This document shows, one piece after another, positions 47,395 through 57,148 of a DNA stretch of 61,052 nt. Source of the stretch: a virus. Lineage: Duplodnaviria; Caudoviricetes. Under the pieces are notes generated by a model, which did not search any database, had not been told where the DNA came from, and saw only the letters and a program-made list of their open reading frames with translations. Every line of letters begins with the position of its first letter. Positions within the stretch are counted from its first letter, which is position 1. The position numbers and the translations under genes are program-made. The stretch lies in IMG/VR virus record IMGVR_UViG_3300046780_000585, positions 1-61,052 of that record; one strand, given 5' to 3'.

Positions 47395-48132
47395 TCAAGC
47401 CACGAACGTCATCATGCAGTCGCCCACCCCGGAGCCGAAGGCGTTCGTCGCTTGGCATCTGACGACCGCGTAATCGTCCGGATTGAGCCTGCCCGGCGTC
47501 GTCGAAGCCGGAATCAGGTTGCCGTACTGGTCGATAGTCCACCAACCGGATGTCGACGTGCCATTCAGCGTCTCGGAAAAGATCGTCCAAGTCGGGGGAG
47601 GCACCATCGTGGTGTAGTTACCGTTGCCTGCCTGCATCTGGACCACGGCACTGCCGGGAGGATTAGAAACCATATCGGCGATCGATGGGTTCATGACCGC
47701 CCCGGTGACGATCGGGGCGAACATCGCGCCCAAAGCAGCCATCAGATCCGACCCGCCGCCCGATGCCGCAGCATCCGCTACATCCACAATGATCTGAAAC
47801 ACCCGGTCAGCAGCCTGCACCACAGGCGCCGCGTGATTGCCGGATCGAAGCTTGACCCAGTTGAAGCTGTCGCCCGAACCAGTCGGCATGACCACCGCCG
47901 AATTCGGCGTCACGGCCGGTATGATGACTTCATTGGTCGCGTAAGTTTCGGCTATCGTATGATACAAGTCGTGAAAAGTCGTATTGTCCGGCGACGTGCA
48001 AAACGACAACGATGCCGCCCCGGTCCAACTCGGTGGCATGATGATGCGAACGACCCTGCCAGACGAACAATCAACCGCATTCGATACCGACTGCCCAGCC
48101 GGAATGGTCGCCAATAAGGACGTCAATGCCAT
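47395..48132 (-). CDS. Putative virion decoration protein
   Basis: GGAGG SD; TIPAGQSVSNAVD..MPPSWTGA; beta-rich C-terminal domain. Confidence 0.65.
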   Translation of the reverse strand: MALTSLLATIPAGQSVSNAVDCSSGRVVRIIMPPSWTGAASLSFCTSPDNTTFHDLYHTIAETYATNEVIIPAVTPNSAVVMPTGSGDSFNWVKLRSGNHAAPVVQAADRVFQIIVDVADAAASGGGSDLMAALGAMFAPIVTGAVMNPSIADMVSNPPGSAVVQMQAGNGNYTTMVPPPTWTIFSETLNGTSTSGWWTIDQYGNLIPASTTPGRLNPDDYAVVRCQATNAFGSGVGDCMMTFVA

Positions 48133-48141
48133 AATCCCCTC

Positions 48142-48342
48142 CTATTGCAGCCTAGGTATGTGCAAAGCACCATTACCAGTAAACTGCAACAACAAACCGA
48201 TCAACACGATCACACCGATCGCCACCATCACGATCATCGCAATTTTCCGCAACGGCTCCGGCAAGGCGACTTGCTGCAACAGCCACCACAGGAAGATGCA
48301 GACGATGACGATGATGACGAGATAGACCAGCAATGCGACCAT
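48142..48342 (-). CDS. Two-TM membrane protein (holin candidate)
   Basis: Two hydrophobic helices around LPEP; in the lysis cluster. Confidence 0.7.
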   Translation of the reverse strand: MVALLVYLVIIVIVCIFLWWLLQQVALPEPLRKIAMIVMVAIGVIVLIGLLLQFTGNGALHIPRLQ

Positions 48343-48351
48343 ATCAGCCTC

Positions 48352-48462
48352 CTATTCGCCTATTGGCGGGGGCACGTCGCTGAAAAAATACAGCGCAAGC
48401 ACCACGATCACGAGGGCCACGAATATCGCAGCGGCACCGTACATCGAACGATCATACCGCAT
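48352..48462 (-). CDS. 36-aa single-TM protein
   Basis: MRYDRSMYGAAAIFVALVIVVLALYFFSDVPPPIGE. Confidence 0.55.
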   Translation of the reverse strand: MRYDRSMYGAAAIFVALVIVVLALYFFSDVPPPIGE

Positions 48463-48464
48463 GG

Positions 48465-49022
48465 CTAACCCTCTGGATCATCGACCGCCTGCGGCATCGG
48501 CTCCGGGATCGGCCGAATGACCTTGTCCGGCTTGCCGTCGTAATCGTCATCGGTGATGTTCTGAAACAGCAGGGCCTCGCTGGCCCGCCGACGGGTCAAG
48601 CCAGACAGGACCTTCCCGCCGCCCTTGTTCCACTTCTGGAATTCCAGCGCAGCGCCTTCGAAATCCCCGGCGTTTACTTTTTTGAGGAGAGTGCTTTTGG
48701 CGAGATTTCCTTCTCCGCAGTTGTAGCAGAAGGAGACGAGGGCGTCGAACTGCCATGGCTCGAGAGGCACTTTGACAAGTTTACGTACAGCTCGCTCAAA
48801 CGTCCCCATGTCTTCCAGAAACGCTTGATTGCACTCTTCCATCGTCCATCGAGAGTCGGCATTGAACTCTCTCCCGTGATGATGAGTGTGGCCCCAACAA
48901 ATCGTGAGAACTCCAGCAGGGCAATGGTACGGTTGATAATAACCGCCAACTTTCTTCAAACAGCCTTCGTAGTGCTTGATTAGATTGGCACCAGCAACCG
49001 TAAGCACCCTGTCTTCGTTCAT
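48465..49022 (-). CDS. Endolysin, GH24 lysozyme
   Basis: IKHYEG..CPAGVLTICWGHT, QFDALVSFCYNCG, GLTRRRASE. Confidence 0.93.
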   Translation of the reverse strand: MNEDRVLTVAGANLIKHYEGCLKKVGGYYQPYHCPAGVLTICWGHTHHHGREFNADSRWTMEECNQAFLEDMGTFERAVRKLVKVPLEPWQFDALVSFCYNCGEGNLAKSTLLKKVNAGDFEGAALEFQKWNKGGGKVLSGLTRRRASEALLFQNITDDDYDGKPDKVIRPIPEPMPQAVDDPEG

Positions 49023-49309
49023 GGCTTTGCCGACGGGTTGATGGATAATTGCCTGGTCATGATCTCAGTCACCCGATTGAGCGTGTCCTTGTTATCCCGC
49101 GTCGTGCTCTCCAACACCGTCAACCGGTTGTTGATCTCCTGGAGGTGCGGTGAACCACGCACCTCCAATGTATTCACCCGCGTTTCCAGTCGAACCATGT
49201 ACGCTACCGTGGAAATCGACACGGCGCCAATGGCAATCGCCTGCGCTATGAGGAAAACGACTAGCGCCTGATTGTCCTGAAACCACGATCTTACCTTGTC
49301 GATCACCAT
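49019..49309 (-). CDS. Single-TM plus coiled-coil protein (lysis cluster)
   Basis: MVIDKVRSWFQDNQALVVFLIA..; ATGA-coupled to the lysozyme gene. Confidence 0.7.
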   Translation of the reverse strand: MVIDKVRSWFQDNQALVVFLIAQAIAIGAVSISTVAYMVRLETRVNTLEVRGSPHLQEINNRLTVLESTTRDNKDTLNRVTEIMTRQLSINPSAKP

Positions 49310-49387
49310 CCACCCCACTAGGATGCGCAGCGGGTCGGTGCTTCCACACCGCCCGCTACTTGACCTCGAACCGTGTGGAGCGGATCG

Positions 49388-49945
49388 ATGCCCGACCACC
49401 ATATTACTAAAGTGCTGCCTCCTGTCGACTACTTACGTTCTCGCCTAGACTACGATCCGGAAACCGGAAAACTGTATTGGAAACATTGGCATCGAGAACA
49501 TTTTTCAACGAAAAATGCATGGGCAATATGGAACAGCAGATTTGCTACAAAACGAGCCGGTACAGCATTAGGCACCAAAGGTTACCATGTCATCACTATC
49601 GATAGAATTCCGCAATTAGTTCACAGAGTAATCTGGAAACTAACCACGGGTAATGACCCCTCTGTCAGCATCGACCACATCAACAACAAACGAACCGATA
49701 ACAGAATTACAAATTTACGACTCGCCACTCCTACAGAGCAACAATGGAACCGCCGTTTAGGTAAAAATAACACATCAGGATTAAAGGGCGCATTTTTTGT
49801 AAAGCGAACCGACAAATGGGAAGGACAAATAAAGATACGTAGAAAGCAGCATTATCTTGGCACATTCAATACTCGCGAGGAAGCAGCAGCGGCTTATGAA
49901 GCCGCCGCCCGCAAATTACACGGCAGATTTTATCGGCCCACCTAA
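49388..49945 (+). CDS. HNH-AP2 homing endonuclease, antisense to the operon
   Basis: YDPETG, IDHINNKRTDNRITNLR, NTSGLKG, YLGTFNTREEAAAAY; AT-rich. Confidence 0.92.
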   Translation: MPDHHITKVLPPVDYLRSRLDYDPETGKLYWKHWHREHFSTKNAWAIWNSRFATKRAGTALGTKGYHVITIDRIPQLVHRVIWKLTTGNDPSVSIDHINNKRTDNRITNLRLATPTEQQWNRRLGKNNTSGLKGAFFVKRTDKWEGQIKIRRKQHYLGTFNTREEAAAAYEAAARKLHGRFYRPT

Positions 49946-49983
49946 CGGTTGTCCGCGAACCAAGAGCGGACGCTCGTCATCAT
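49942..49983 (-). pseudogene. Orphaned N-terminal copy of the gene at 49019-49309
   Basis: MMTSVRSWFADNR* versus MVIDKVRSWFQDNQ. Confidence 0.7.
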
Positions 49984-49986
49984 GGC

Positions 49987-50151
49987 TCACTTCTTGCGGC
50001 CCAGCTTGGCCTGGCCCTTGCGGTCCTCGGCCTTGTCCTGTGCGGAAGTCTCGTAGTCCTTGAGCGAGACGCCCTTGCGCTTGGCGCCTTTCTTGTCTTC
50101 GGCCAAATCAGCTTTAGACCCTTCGTACTTGCGCTTGAATACCATCGGCAT
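49987..50151 (-). CDS. Small charged protein (54 aa)
   Basis: GGAG SD; MPMVFKRKYEGSKADLAEDKKGAKRKG. Confidence 0.7.
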   Translation of the reverse strand: MPMVFKRKYEGSKADLAEDKKGAKRKGVSLKDYETSAQDKAEDRKGQAKLGRKK

Positions 50152-50815
50152 GCTCCGTTGCCTGATAGTTTAAAAACATGGACGCATCATGATTGCAGGG
50201 ACCATACCACCGAATCGGCAACTGCGGGTAGCGTTCTTCGACACGGCAAAGGGTGTTGACCTCCCAACTCAGGTTACCGGTCTCCCGCAGATGGCGCTTG
50301 CACTCGTCCCTCATCACAGCGGCGAGCGCGGCGGCGTGCTCGTGCGGCACGACCATGAGGCCCCCGCAGAACCGCCAGCACGGGTAGCGATCGTCGTATT
50401 GGTAGTTCCTCTCCCAGCAGCCCGGGATGGCGATGGCTTCTTCGGCCGCAGCGCCGGCCATGAAGCCCTCGATCACGCCGGCGGTCATGCCCGGCAGGTG
50501 GAAGATGCCGAGATCGATCCAGACGATGACGTCGGCGCCGGGAACCAGATCGGCGGCGTCCGCGATGAGCTCGGACTTCTCCGCCTGTACGATGTGGTAG
50601 GCGAGCGAGTTCTTGGCCGGGTTGTCGGCGGTCGAGTGGGTCACCGGCCCGTGCCATTGCAGATGCCGGTAGAGCCAGCACGCCTCGAGCGCGGTGTCGA
50701 GGCGCAGCAACTTGATGTCGGCTGCGGCCAGTTGCGCGCCGAGCCTTTCGTAGTCCTGCGCCGGGCGGGGATGACCGGGGATTGGGATAAAGCCGGTGAC
50801 GGCCAGCACGCTCAT
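50114..50815 (-). CDS. Putative glycosyltransferase (HtrL/WlaTC-like)
   Basis: IVWIDLGIFH, WRFCGG, SWEVN, NHDASM. Confidence 0.65.
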   Translation of the reverse strand: MSVLAVTGFIPIPGHPRPAQDYERLGAQLAAADIKLLRLDTALEACWLYRHLQWHGPVTHSTADNPAKNSLAYHIVQAEKSELIADAADLVPGADVIVWIDLGIFHLPGMTAGVIEGFMAGAAAEEAIAIPGCWERNYQYDDRYPCWRFCGGLMVVPHEHAAALAAVMRDECKRHLRETGNLSWEVNTLCRVEERYPQLPIRWYGPCNHDASMFLNYQATEHADGIQAQVRRV

Positions 50816-52812
50816 CGCGGCTCCTCGATGAACCGTAAAACCTCCTGTAGATCTAACACACAAACCCAGGCCTCGCGGTCCATGACGCCGAAACTTGCCA
50901 TCAACAATCCCTCCCCATCGGGTTCGTGATCGACGTACTCATCGGGGAAGTAGGCCAGGCCGGCTGCGAACTCGATCTGCTTGTCGTGGAACACGAACGG
51001 CGGCGAGAGCCGGATGCCTGCACCATGCACCATAAGGGCGAACCGGTGCTGGTAATAGCGGTTGGACCGGCCTGGGATCGTCCTCGCCTCATGCACCAGG
51101 CACAGGAGCCCTCCAGGAACTTCGATGACCTGTGACCCTCCGCTTATGTGGCTGACATCGAAGCCAGGATCATAGCTGTTGAACACGCTGCCATCGACCT
51201 TGAGCGCCGTCCCAAGCCGATAAATGAAATACAAATTGTCCCCGTCGACCAACGGCATCCAATTCTTTTCGTGTTTGCGTTCCTTGGGCAAAATCCGCGT
51301 CCAAGGCTGGCCGCGCGCGTTGAGCGGGACCATGACCTGCTCGCACCAGCCCTCGGGGTTCAGTTCGCGCACGTTCGAGATCGTCCACAAGCCGCCCTGC
51401 CATTCGAACAGCCGGCAATCCTCCAGGCCGCGCACCGGATGAAACTTCGGTTCCGGCCAATTCTCCGGCAATGGCAGTTCATTTACTGCGGTCAACTCCA
51501 GATCATCGGATAGATGCACCAGATAATTGCGGGTATTGATAGGATTGACAAACCAATCAGGACTGCAAGTGCCATCCTTACCCCGGATCGCATACACCCC
51601 CTCCGGCGTGATCGTGTAGTTGACGGCGCGCACGATCGCCATCGGCTTGCCTTGGTGGTTGATGATCGATGGATTGGTCGCGGCGTAGCCCTCGGCGATC
51701 TGGGGTTGAAGTCGGACGGATCGAGCGGAAGGAACATGGTCCACCAGCGGTTTGAGGTACCAATACAGATTGCTCATGGCCTGCTCGCTGCCCTCGAGTG
51801 CCAGATCGTTGCAGACCTGCGCGCCGCGGTCGCGGATTTTACCGCCTGCGTAGTAGGCGCAGATCGAGAACTCCTCCCGACAGCCCGATTTGTAGACGAA
51901 GTTGTTGACGAACAGCTGGTCGTCGGGCCGCTTTATCTGCATGCCGGCTTCCGAGAACAGCAGGCTCGAGTGGTTCTCGCCGCGCTCCCTGAAGAACCTA
52001 GCTGCGTCATACAGCACTTCGGCCCGCGACGGACGCATCTGATAGGCGTGCAGCATCTCCCAAAGGAACTCCGCATGCCGTCCTAAATTGCCAAGCGCGT
52101 GAGCGTAATGCAGCTGCGCGTTCCAGCGTTCTTCGGCGAAGCCACCGAGAGAGGCGCGGATCTTGTAGTGCTCCGCAGCCTTCGACCAATTTTTAGCGTC
52201 GAAATATGATTGGCCTAAATAAAAATGGGCGCGCTGTATGAGACCTTCATTCGTCTCGGTCTTCAGCATATCTTCGAGCAGCTTGATGTCCCGCTCGAAT
52301 TTCCCCGGCCTGTTGTGCCCGTCGGCGTGGTCCTTGAACCAGATGCCGTCGATATTGCCCGCCGTGGGCACGTCTAAAAATTCGTGCGTGGGGCACTTAT
52401 AGTCACCGGTAGCCTTGCGGCTCAGTATGCGCCGGTTCCAGTAGTTCAGTGTTCCGGCAACCTGCCGCACGTCGTAAGCGAGACCGCCGTTGAGCTGCCG
52501 CTTCCAGTCGGGATCGTCGACAACCAGGGCCATGTCGGCGTCCGATAAGACCAAGTAGTCCCACGGCAGATGGCTCGCACGCGCAAAGGCAAGCGCCTCG
52601 TTGCGCGCCTGGGCGAAGTCGTGAAACACCGTATGTTCGATCTCGACCGTTTTGCCGGCGTCGGCGAACGCTTTCTTGACGATATCAGGCGTGCCGTCGG
52701 TCGAACCGGTGTCGACCACGAGCCCGTAGTCGACATGCGGCAGAATGCCGTCGAGGCAGCGCGATATGATCGCTGCCTCGTTCTTGAGGATCGCGGACCA
52801 CCCCAGCTTCAC
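50812..52812 (-). CDS. GT2 glycosyltransferase + TPR + C-terminal beta-propeller-like domain
   Basis: ILKNEA, VDTGSTDGT, FAQARNEAL, DAD, FYLGQSY; NPSI, GLEDCRLF, EKNWMP. Confidence 0.85.
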   Translation of the reverse strand: MKLGWSAILKNEAAIISRCLDGILPHVDYGLVVDTGSTDGTPDIVKKAFADAGKTVEIEHTVFHDFAQARNEALAFARASHLPWDYLVLSDADMALVVDDPDWKRQLNGGLAYDVRQVAGTLNYWNRRILSRKATGDYKCPTHEFLDVPTAGNIDGIWFKDHADGHNRPGKFERDIKLLEDMLKTETNEGLIQRAHFYLGQSYFDAKNWSKAAEHYKIRASLGGFAEERWNAQLHYAHALGNLGRHAEFLWEMLHAYQMRPSRAEVLYDAARFFRERGENHSSLLFSEAGMQIKRPDDQLFVNNFVYKSGCREEFSICAYYAGGKIRDRGAQVCNDLALEGSEQAMSNLYWYLKPLVDHVPSARSVRLQPQIAEGYAATNPSIINHQGKPMAIVRAVNYTITPEGVYAIRGKDGTCSPDWFVNPINTRNYLVHLSDDLELTAVNELPLPENWPEPKFHPVRGLEDCRLFEWQGGLWTISNVRELNPEGWCEQVMVPLNARGQPWTRILPKERKHEKNWMPLVDGDNLYFIYRLGTALKVDGSVFNSYDPGFDVSHISGGSQVIEVPGGLLCLVHEARTIPGRSNRYYQHRFALMVHGAGIRLSPPFVFHDKQIEFAAGLAYFPDEYVDHEPDGEGLLMASFGVMDREAWVCVLDLQEVLRFIEEPR

Positions 52813-53171
52813 GCGTGCTTGCGATGCTTGACGATCGCGTCGATGATGTCGCCCTTGTTCCAATGCTCACTGACCTCGGCACCCTCGCTGGCAGCCACGC
52901 TCAGCAGTTCGTCCTTGGTCATGTCGTTGAGTTGCGCCTTGGTCGACCTGGTTTCACCCACACCGAACACGCCGCCGGTGGCGCCGGTGACGCCCTCGCC
53001 GCCGCCGGCGGTGCCGGGAAGCTCGGTGACGGTCAAAACGTCGATCTCGTCGCCCGGAGTAGCGGTGGCGTTGGCCACGACCTGATGAACCGCATCCTCG
53101 CGGTGCAGCGCCTCGATGGTCTCGACGGTGGCAGCGTGGGTAACGCGGGATTTAACCTCATAGGACGGCAT
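52809..53171 (-). CDS. Protein with C-terminal HeH/Rho-N-like motif
   Basis: LNDMTKDELLSVA..NKGDIIDAI. Confidence 0.65.
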   Translation of the reverse strand: MPSYEVKSRVTHAATVETIEALHREDAVHQVVANATATPGDEIDVLTVTELPGTAGGGEGVTGATGGVFGVGETRSTKAQLNDMTKDELLSVAASEGAEVSEHWNKGDIIDAIVKHRKHA

Positions 53172-53219
53172 GGGACGTACTCCTCTCTGGTTAAGATCGA
53201 ATGGTTGCTTACGAGTTCT

Positions 53220-55532
53220 CTACCCTGGCGGCCCCCCTACAGGCACCGGCGGTCGCGCTCCTGGGCCCGGAGGCGCGGGCTGATTCCCAACCAGACTAGT
53301 CGGCATGGTATTGCCTTGCGACAATGGTGATGGCTGGTTGCCCTGCGTTTGGCGCGCCATCTGGTCCATGCCGCCGCCCGGAGCGCCAGACCCGGAAGCG
53401 CCGAGAGGACCCAACGGCGCCCCACCGGTCAGGGCTGGAAGGATGCCGCGCTGGCCGGACGGGACGCCGGCCTGGCTGGCCAGGAGTCCGGCGGTCAAGT
53501 CGCTTGTTATTTTTTGCGTTGCCAGCATCACTCCACTTTGGATCCCCTGTTCCACTTTTTGGCTGAGCGCCTGCTGCTCGCCGCCGCCTTGCTGCTGTTG
53601 CTGGAGTTTTTCGAGATCGTCGTCGGACGGTACGATTTCGTCGCCGTCGAGCCCGATGGTCTGAGCGACGCTGCGAAGCACCGCGCCACGGCCCTTGATT
53701 CCGATGATCCCCATGTCGATTGGATTCGCCGTGCTTTGAAGAAACTCTACCTGACGCTGTCGCTGGGTTTCACGCTGAATAGCGACGCTCACTCCTTGCA
53801 CCGAAACATTTTCCTCGCCAGTCAAAAGCCCGGTCGTATCACTGAGCAACACCAGATCGACGAGCTGCTGCAGTGCTCCTTCAAATATCTCGCGGTCTAC
53901 GTTAGAAGCAACGGTCTGGAGAATCTTTGCCGCGTTGTTCATCAGCATGGCCAAACCGGATGCGGTGCGTCCTGCGCCGCCACCGGGCTGGCCGCCGATG
54001 TATTTGGGGATTGCCGAGATGTCGTCCGCTAGATCGACAAAGGCCTTGAAGACGGTCAGCAGGTCTTGCGCGTTCGACTGCGGCTGGAAGAATTCAACCG
54101 GAGGTTTACTATTATTTCCAACCGGGTCGGAGGACGCGTGAAATCTCTTCCAAGGATACAGTTCCTCAACATTGTCCTCGGGCCGGACGCGATCGTCATT
54201 TATGACCACCATCGGGCCTGAGGAAATGGAGAGATTGTTGACCAGCGAGCGGAGCGTTGCGTTAGCAACGTCTTGTAGATCGGCGATCATGTCGACGAGG
54301 CCGTTGCCGACGGGGGTGCCGGGGACTTTCTCGAAGCTGGTCATGTAATAGGGGTGTCTCGCCCGCGGCGAGGGGGAGAGGTTGGCCTTGATGATGTGGC
54401 TGCCGATGACGTAGGCGTCGATGTGGTAGTCGCGCAATTCGTCGGCGATGCCGGGCATGCCGTAGTCCTGCAGGAGGCGGCCCTGGACGTTGCCGTGGAA
54501 CTCCATTTGGTTGATGAGGCCGGAGCGGTTCCAGGCGGGGTTCTCGCGGCTTTCCAGCACCGAGCGTTCGGCGTCGGTGGTGTCCCAGTTGTCGTAGAGG
54601 CCGCCGCGGCCGTATTCGTCGAGGACGGCGCGGACCTCGGCCTGGTCGAAGCCGGGCAGGTCGAGGAGGTCGTTGAGTTCGGCGCGGGTCAGGCGCGATT
54701 TCTCGATGACGTTGGCGTTGGCGATGTCCGCCACGCCCGGCGTAAACCAGATATCGAAGGGGGATATCCGGCTCCACACCATCTTCGGGATCTGGCGCAC
54801 CAGCGGCTGGCCGTTGTTCCACTTGACCTCGGGCGCGATGCGCACGGTGGGGCCCTTGATGCAGGCGAACGGGAAGATCGGAAGATCCACGATGAATTCG
54901 GCCAGGGCGTGATAAAATCCACCCTCGCGCAGGATCTCCTCGATCCTGTCCTCGGCGGTCTGGGCCTGGTCGGCGGCCTTCTTCTTGGCGGCGTCGGAGG
55001 CCGACGCCATGAGGGCGGCGCGACGCATCTGGACGTCCTGCGGGGACGGGGCCTGGCCGGTCGTCTGCATGATCATCTGCTGCTCGTGGGCCATGAGCGC
55101 ATCGATCTTCTGGACGATATCGGGCGGGACGTCGGGATCGGCCGGCGGGCGAATCGACCAAGGGCGGTCGGAGCCGAGATAGATATCGCGCAGGAGCGAG
55201 GAGGCGGCGCGGCACTTCTGGGCGGACAATCTTGCGAAAACCTCGGACCCCCCAAACTTCTTCACTTCCTGGAACTTGGTTGGCGAATACTGGCCGTTGA
55301 AGGTGCGCAGGGCCTCGAGCAAGCGATTTGACCAGCCGGCGGCGGTATTGCGGTGGTTACGGAATATTTCGAACTGTGAACGCACCCAACCAGCTAAAGC
55401 CGGTGGCGCTGGTTCTGGCGGTGCAGCGGCCTGAGAGCGAGCGAGTTGCTGAGCTTGCAGGTGAGCCTCTAAAGCGGCGGGCGGGACGACCTGAAGCACG
55501 CCTTGTTGTTGGCCTAGAGGATTAACCGCCAT
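53220..55532 (-). CDS. Portal protein
   Basis: About 770 aa; SPFDIW, FEKVPGTPVGNG, RSLVNNLSISSGP, GAGRTASGLAMLM. Confidence 0.88.
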   Translation of the reverse strand: MAVNPLGQQQGVLQVVPPAALEAHLQAQQLARSQAAAPPEPAPPALAGWVRSQFEIFRNHRNTAAGWSNRLLEALRTFNGQYSPTKFQEVKKFGGSEVFARLSAQKCRAASSLLRDIYLGSDRPWSIRPPADPDVPPDIVQKIDALMAHEQQMIMQTTGQAPSPQDVQMRRAALMASASDAAKKKAADQAQTAEDRIEEILREGGFYHALAEFIVDLPIFPFACIKGPTVRIAPEVKWNNGQPLVRQIPKMVWSRISPFDIWFTPGVADIANANVIEKSRLTRAELNDLLDLPGFDQAEVRAVLDEYGRGGLYDNWDTTDAERSVLESRENPAWNRSGLINQMEFHGNVQGRLLQDYGMPGIADELRDYHIDAYVIGSHIIKANLSPSPRARHPYYMTSFEKVPGTPVGNGLVDMIADLQDVANATLRSLVNNLSISSGPMVVINDDRVRPEDNVEELYPWKRFHASSDPVGNNSKPPVEFFQPQSNAQDLLTVFKAFVDLADDISAIPKYIGGQPGGGAGRTASGLAMLMNNAAKILQTVASNVDREIFEGALQQLVDLVLLSDTTGLLTGEENVSVQGVSVAIQRETQRQRQVEFLQSTANPIDMGIIGIKGRGAVLRSVAQTIGLDGDEIVPSDDDLEKLQQQQQGGGEQQALSQKVEQGIQSGVMLATQKITSDLTAGLLASQAGVPSGQRGILPALTGGAPLGPLGASGSGAPGGGMDQMARQTQGNQPSPLSQGNTMPTSLVGNQPAPPGPGARPPVPVGGPPG

Positions 55533-56301
55533 GGACATGGACCTGAGTACGGCGCGTTATACCGGCACAGGCGCGGCTACAAAATTTTGCCCGGCCGACC
55601 ATCGCTTGGTTGACATAACGTAGCTTACCACAAACGATGCACGCAATATCCACCCCAGATCGCGGCAGCCCTCGGGTGTGATCCGCTCGGCGGGACACGC
55701 CCGAGCATTCCAGGCTACAATATTTTGCCTTGGAAAAATGGACCGGCGGCACATACCGCAGTTTACCACATACAAGACAGGCAATTTCTTTACCGGAAGG
55801 TTCAATATGACGACCTTTGTTAGTGCATGCACGGCTGCAATATTTAGCTGCGGCCAATTCGAAAGGTTGCTTGTAGCGTATCTTGCCGCATACGGCACAG
55901 GGGATTGCCCGCCCGGACCGAAGTTGCGGTCTGGATACCAACCCTTTGATCTCCGGATGCTCAAGCGCATGACATGACGCGCAGAGAACCTCGATGTTGG
56001 AAGGATCTGTACGCCGTTCCGGCGCTTTGGCGTAATGCTCGATATGATGTCCGCACAAATTCTCCGTAGAACCGCACCGTTGACACCGTGCGATCTCCCG
56101 CACCTTCCTGCGCACGACGGCATTCTCAGCAGCGCTACGTTCGGCAATGCCACCTTTCCAACCAGGATGCTTAGAGCCGCCGCCTCGAAGGCGACCGGCC
56201 GTATAGCAATCCTGCGAGCAAAAAAGCATCTTATCATCGCGCCGCTTCCGGCGCTGAAACGTTTGTCCGCAATGCTCACAGGTGCCGGTTAAATCGACCA
56301 T
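55522..56301 (-). CDS. HNH endonuclease with CxxC..CSxxC Zn-finger repeats
   Basis: WKGG, CQRCG..HHI..NIEVLCASCHALEH; overlaps the portal start. Confidence 0.88.
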   Translation of the reverse strand: MVDLTGTCEHCGQTFQRRKRRDDKMLFCSQDCYTAGRLRGGGSKHPGWKGGIAERSAAENAVVRRKVREIARCQRCGSTENLCGHHIEHYAKAPERRTDPSNIEVLCASCHALEHPEIKGLVSRPQLRSGRAIPCAVCGKIRYKQPFELAAAKYCSRACTNKGRHIEPSGKEIACLVCGKLRYVPPVHFSKAKYCSLECSGVSRRADHTRGLPRSGVDIACIVCGKLRYVNQAMVGRAKFCSRACAGITRRTQVHVHGG

Positions 56302-56422
56302 ACTGGCATCCTTAGCCGATAAATCTTGCTGACGCTTGTCATTTCAAGCCATAGAATGCTCTCCCATGGCCCCCGATAGCAAACCACCAGACGCCGACAC
56401 TAGGACCTGCGCCCTGGATTCC

Positions 56423-56959
56423 ATGGACGAAGTTGCCGTAGCGAAGCTCGCCCGCGAGATGGCGATGGCGATCCGCAGTTATAGGGTTATTTTCGCGGAT
56501 TTTGGCATCAGCGAGCAGGACTTCTACGAGATATCCAAGCTGCCGTTCTACAAGCGCGCGTTCGAGCAGTTCACGCTGGAATGGAATTCGGCGCTGTTGA
56601 CCAACGAGCGGATCAAGCTGACAAGCGCGGCTTATCTGGAGCAGGCGCTGCCGCGGCTGGGCGCGCGGATGATGAGCGACGAGTCGCTGTCGGCGGCGAC
56701 CGAGGTTGCCAAGCTGTTTTCGCGCAATGCGGGGCTGGGGGGCGACCCCAAGGAGGCCAAGAGCAACGAAAGATTCGTGATCACCATAAACCTGGGCGAG
56801 GACGGCGAGGGCAAGCCGGTGGTCGAGAAGTACGACAAGCCGATCGAGAGGATGGGCCCCAAGGACATCGACCTGATTGCCGCCGAGCCTGCCGCCGAGG
56901 TGGTGGTGAAGCGCGGGCCGGGGCGGCCGCGGAAAACCCCGAGGCAGGAGGAGGACTGA
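56423..56959 (+). CDS. Putative terminase small subunit; start uncertain
   Basis: Upstream of TerL; FVITINLG; C-terminal AT-hook KRGPGRPRK. Confidence 0.6.
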   Translation: MDEVAVAKLAREMAMAIRSYRVIFADFGISEQDFYEISKLPFYKRAFEQFTLEWNSALLTNERIKLTSAAYLEQALPRLGARMMSDESLSAATEVAKLFSRNAGLGGDPKEAKSNERFVITINLGEDGEGKPVVEKYDKPIERMGPKDIDLIAAEPAAEVVVKRGPGRPRKTPRQEED

Positions 56960-56962
56960 GCC

Positions 56963-57148
56963 ATGGCCAAGAAGTGGATACAGGGCGCGCGGGAGAAGAT
57001 GGAGAAGAAAGGCACGGTCGGCAGCTTGCACCGGGCGCTCGGGGTACCGGAGGGCGAGAAGATTCCGCAGGCAAAGCTGGCCGCGGCCAAGAAGAACCGA
57101 CCGGGGCTGCGCAAGAAGATCCAATTCGCTGAAAATGTAAGGAAATGA
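56963..57148 (+). CDS. Small basic protein
   Basis: GGAGG SD; KKWIQGA..GSLHRALGVPEGEKIP. Confidence 0.75.
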   Translation: MAKKWIQGAREKMEKKGTVGSLHRALGVPEGEKIPQAKLAAAKKNRPGLRKKIQFAENVRK

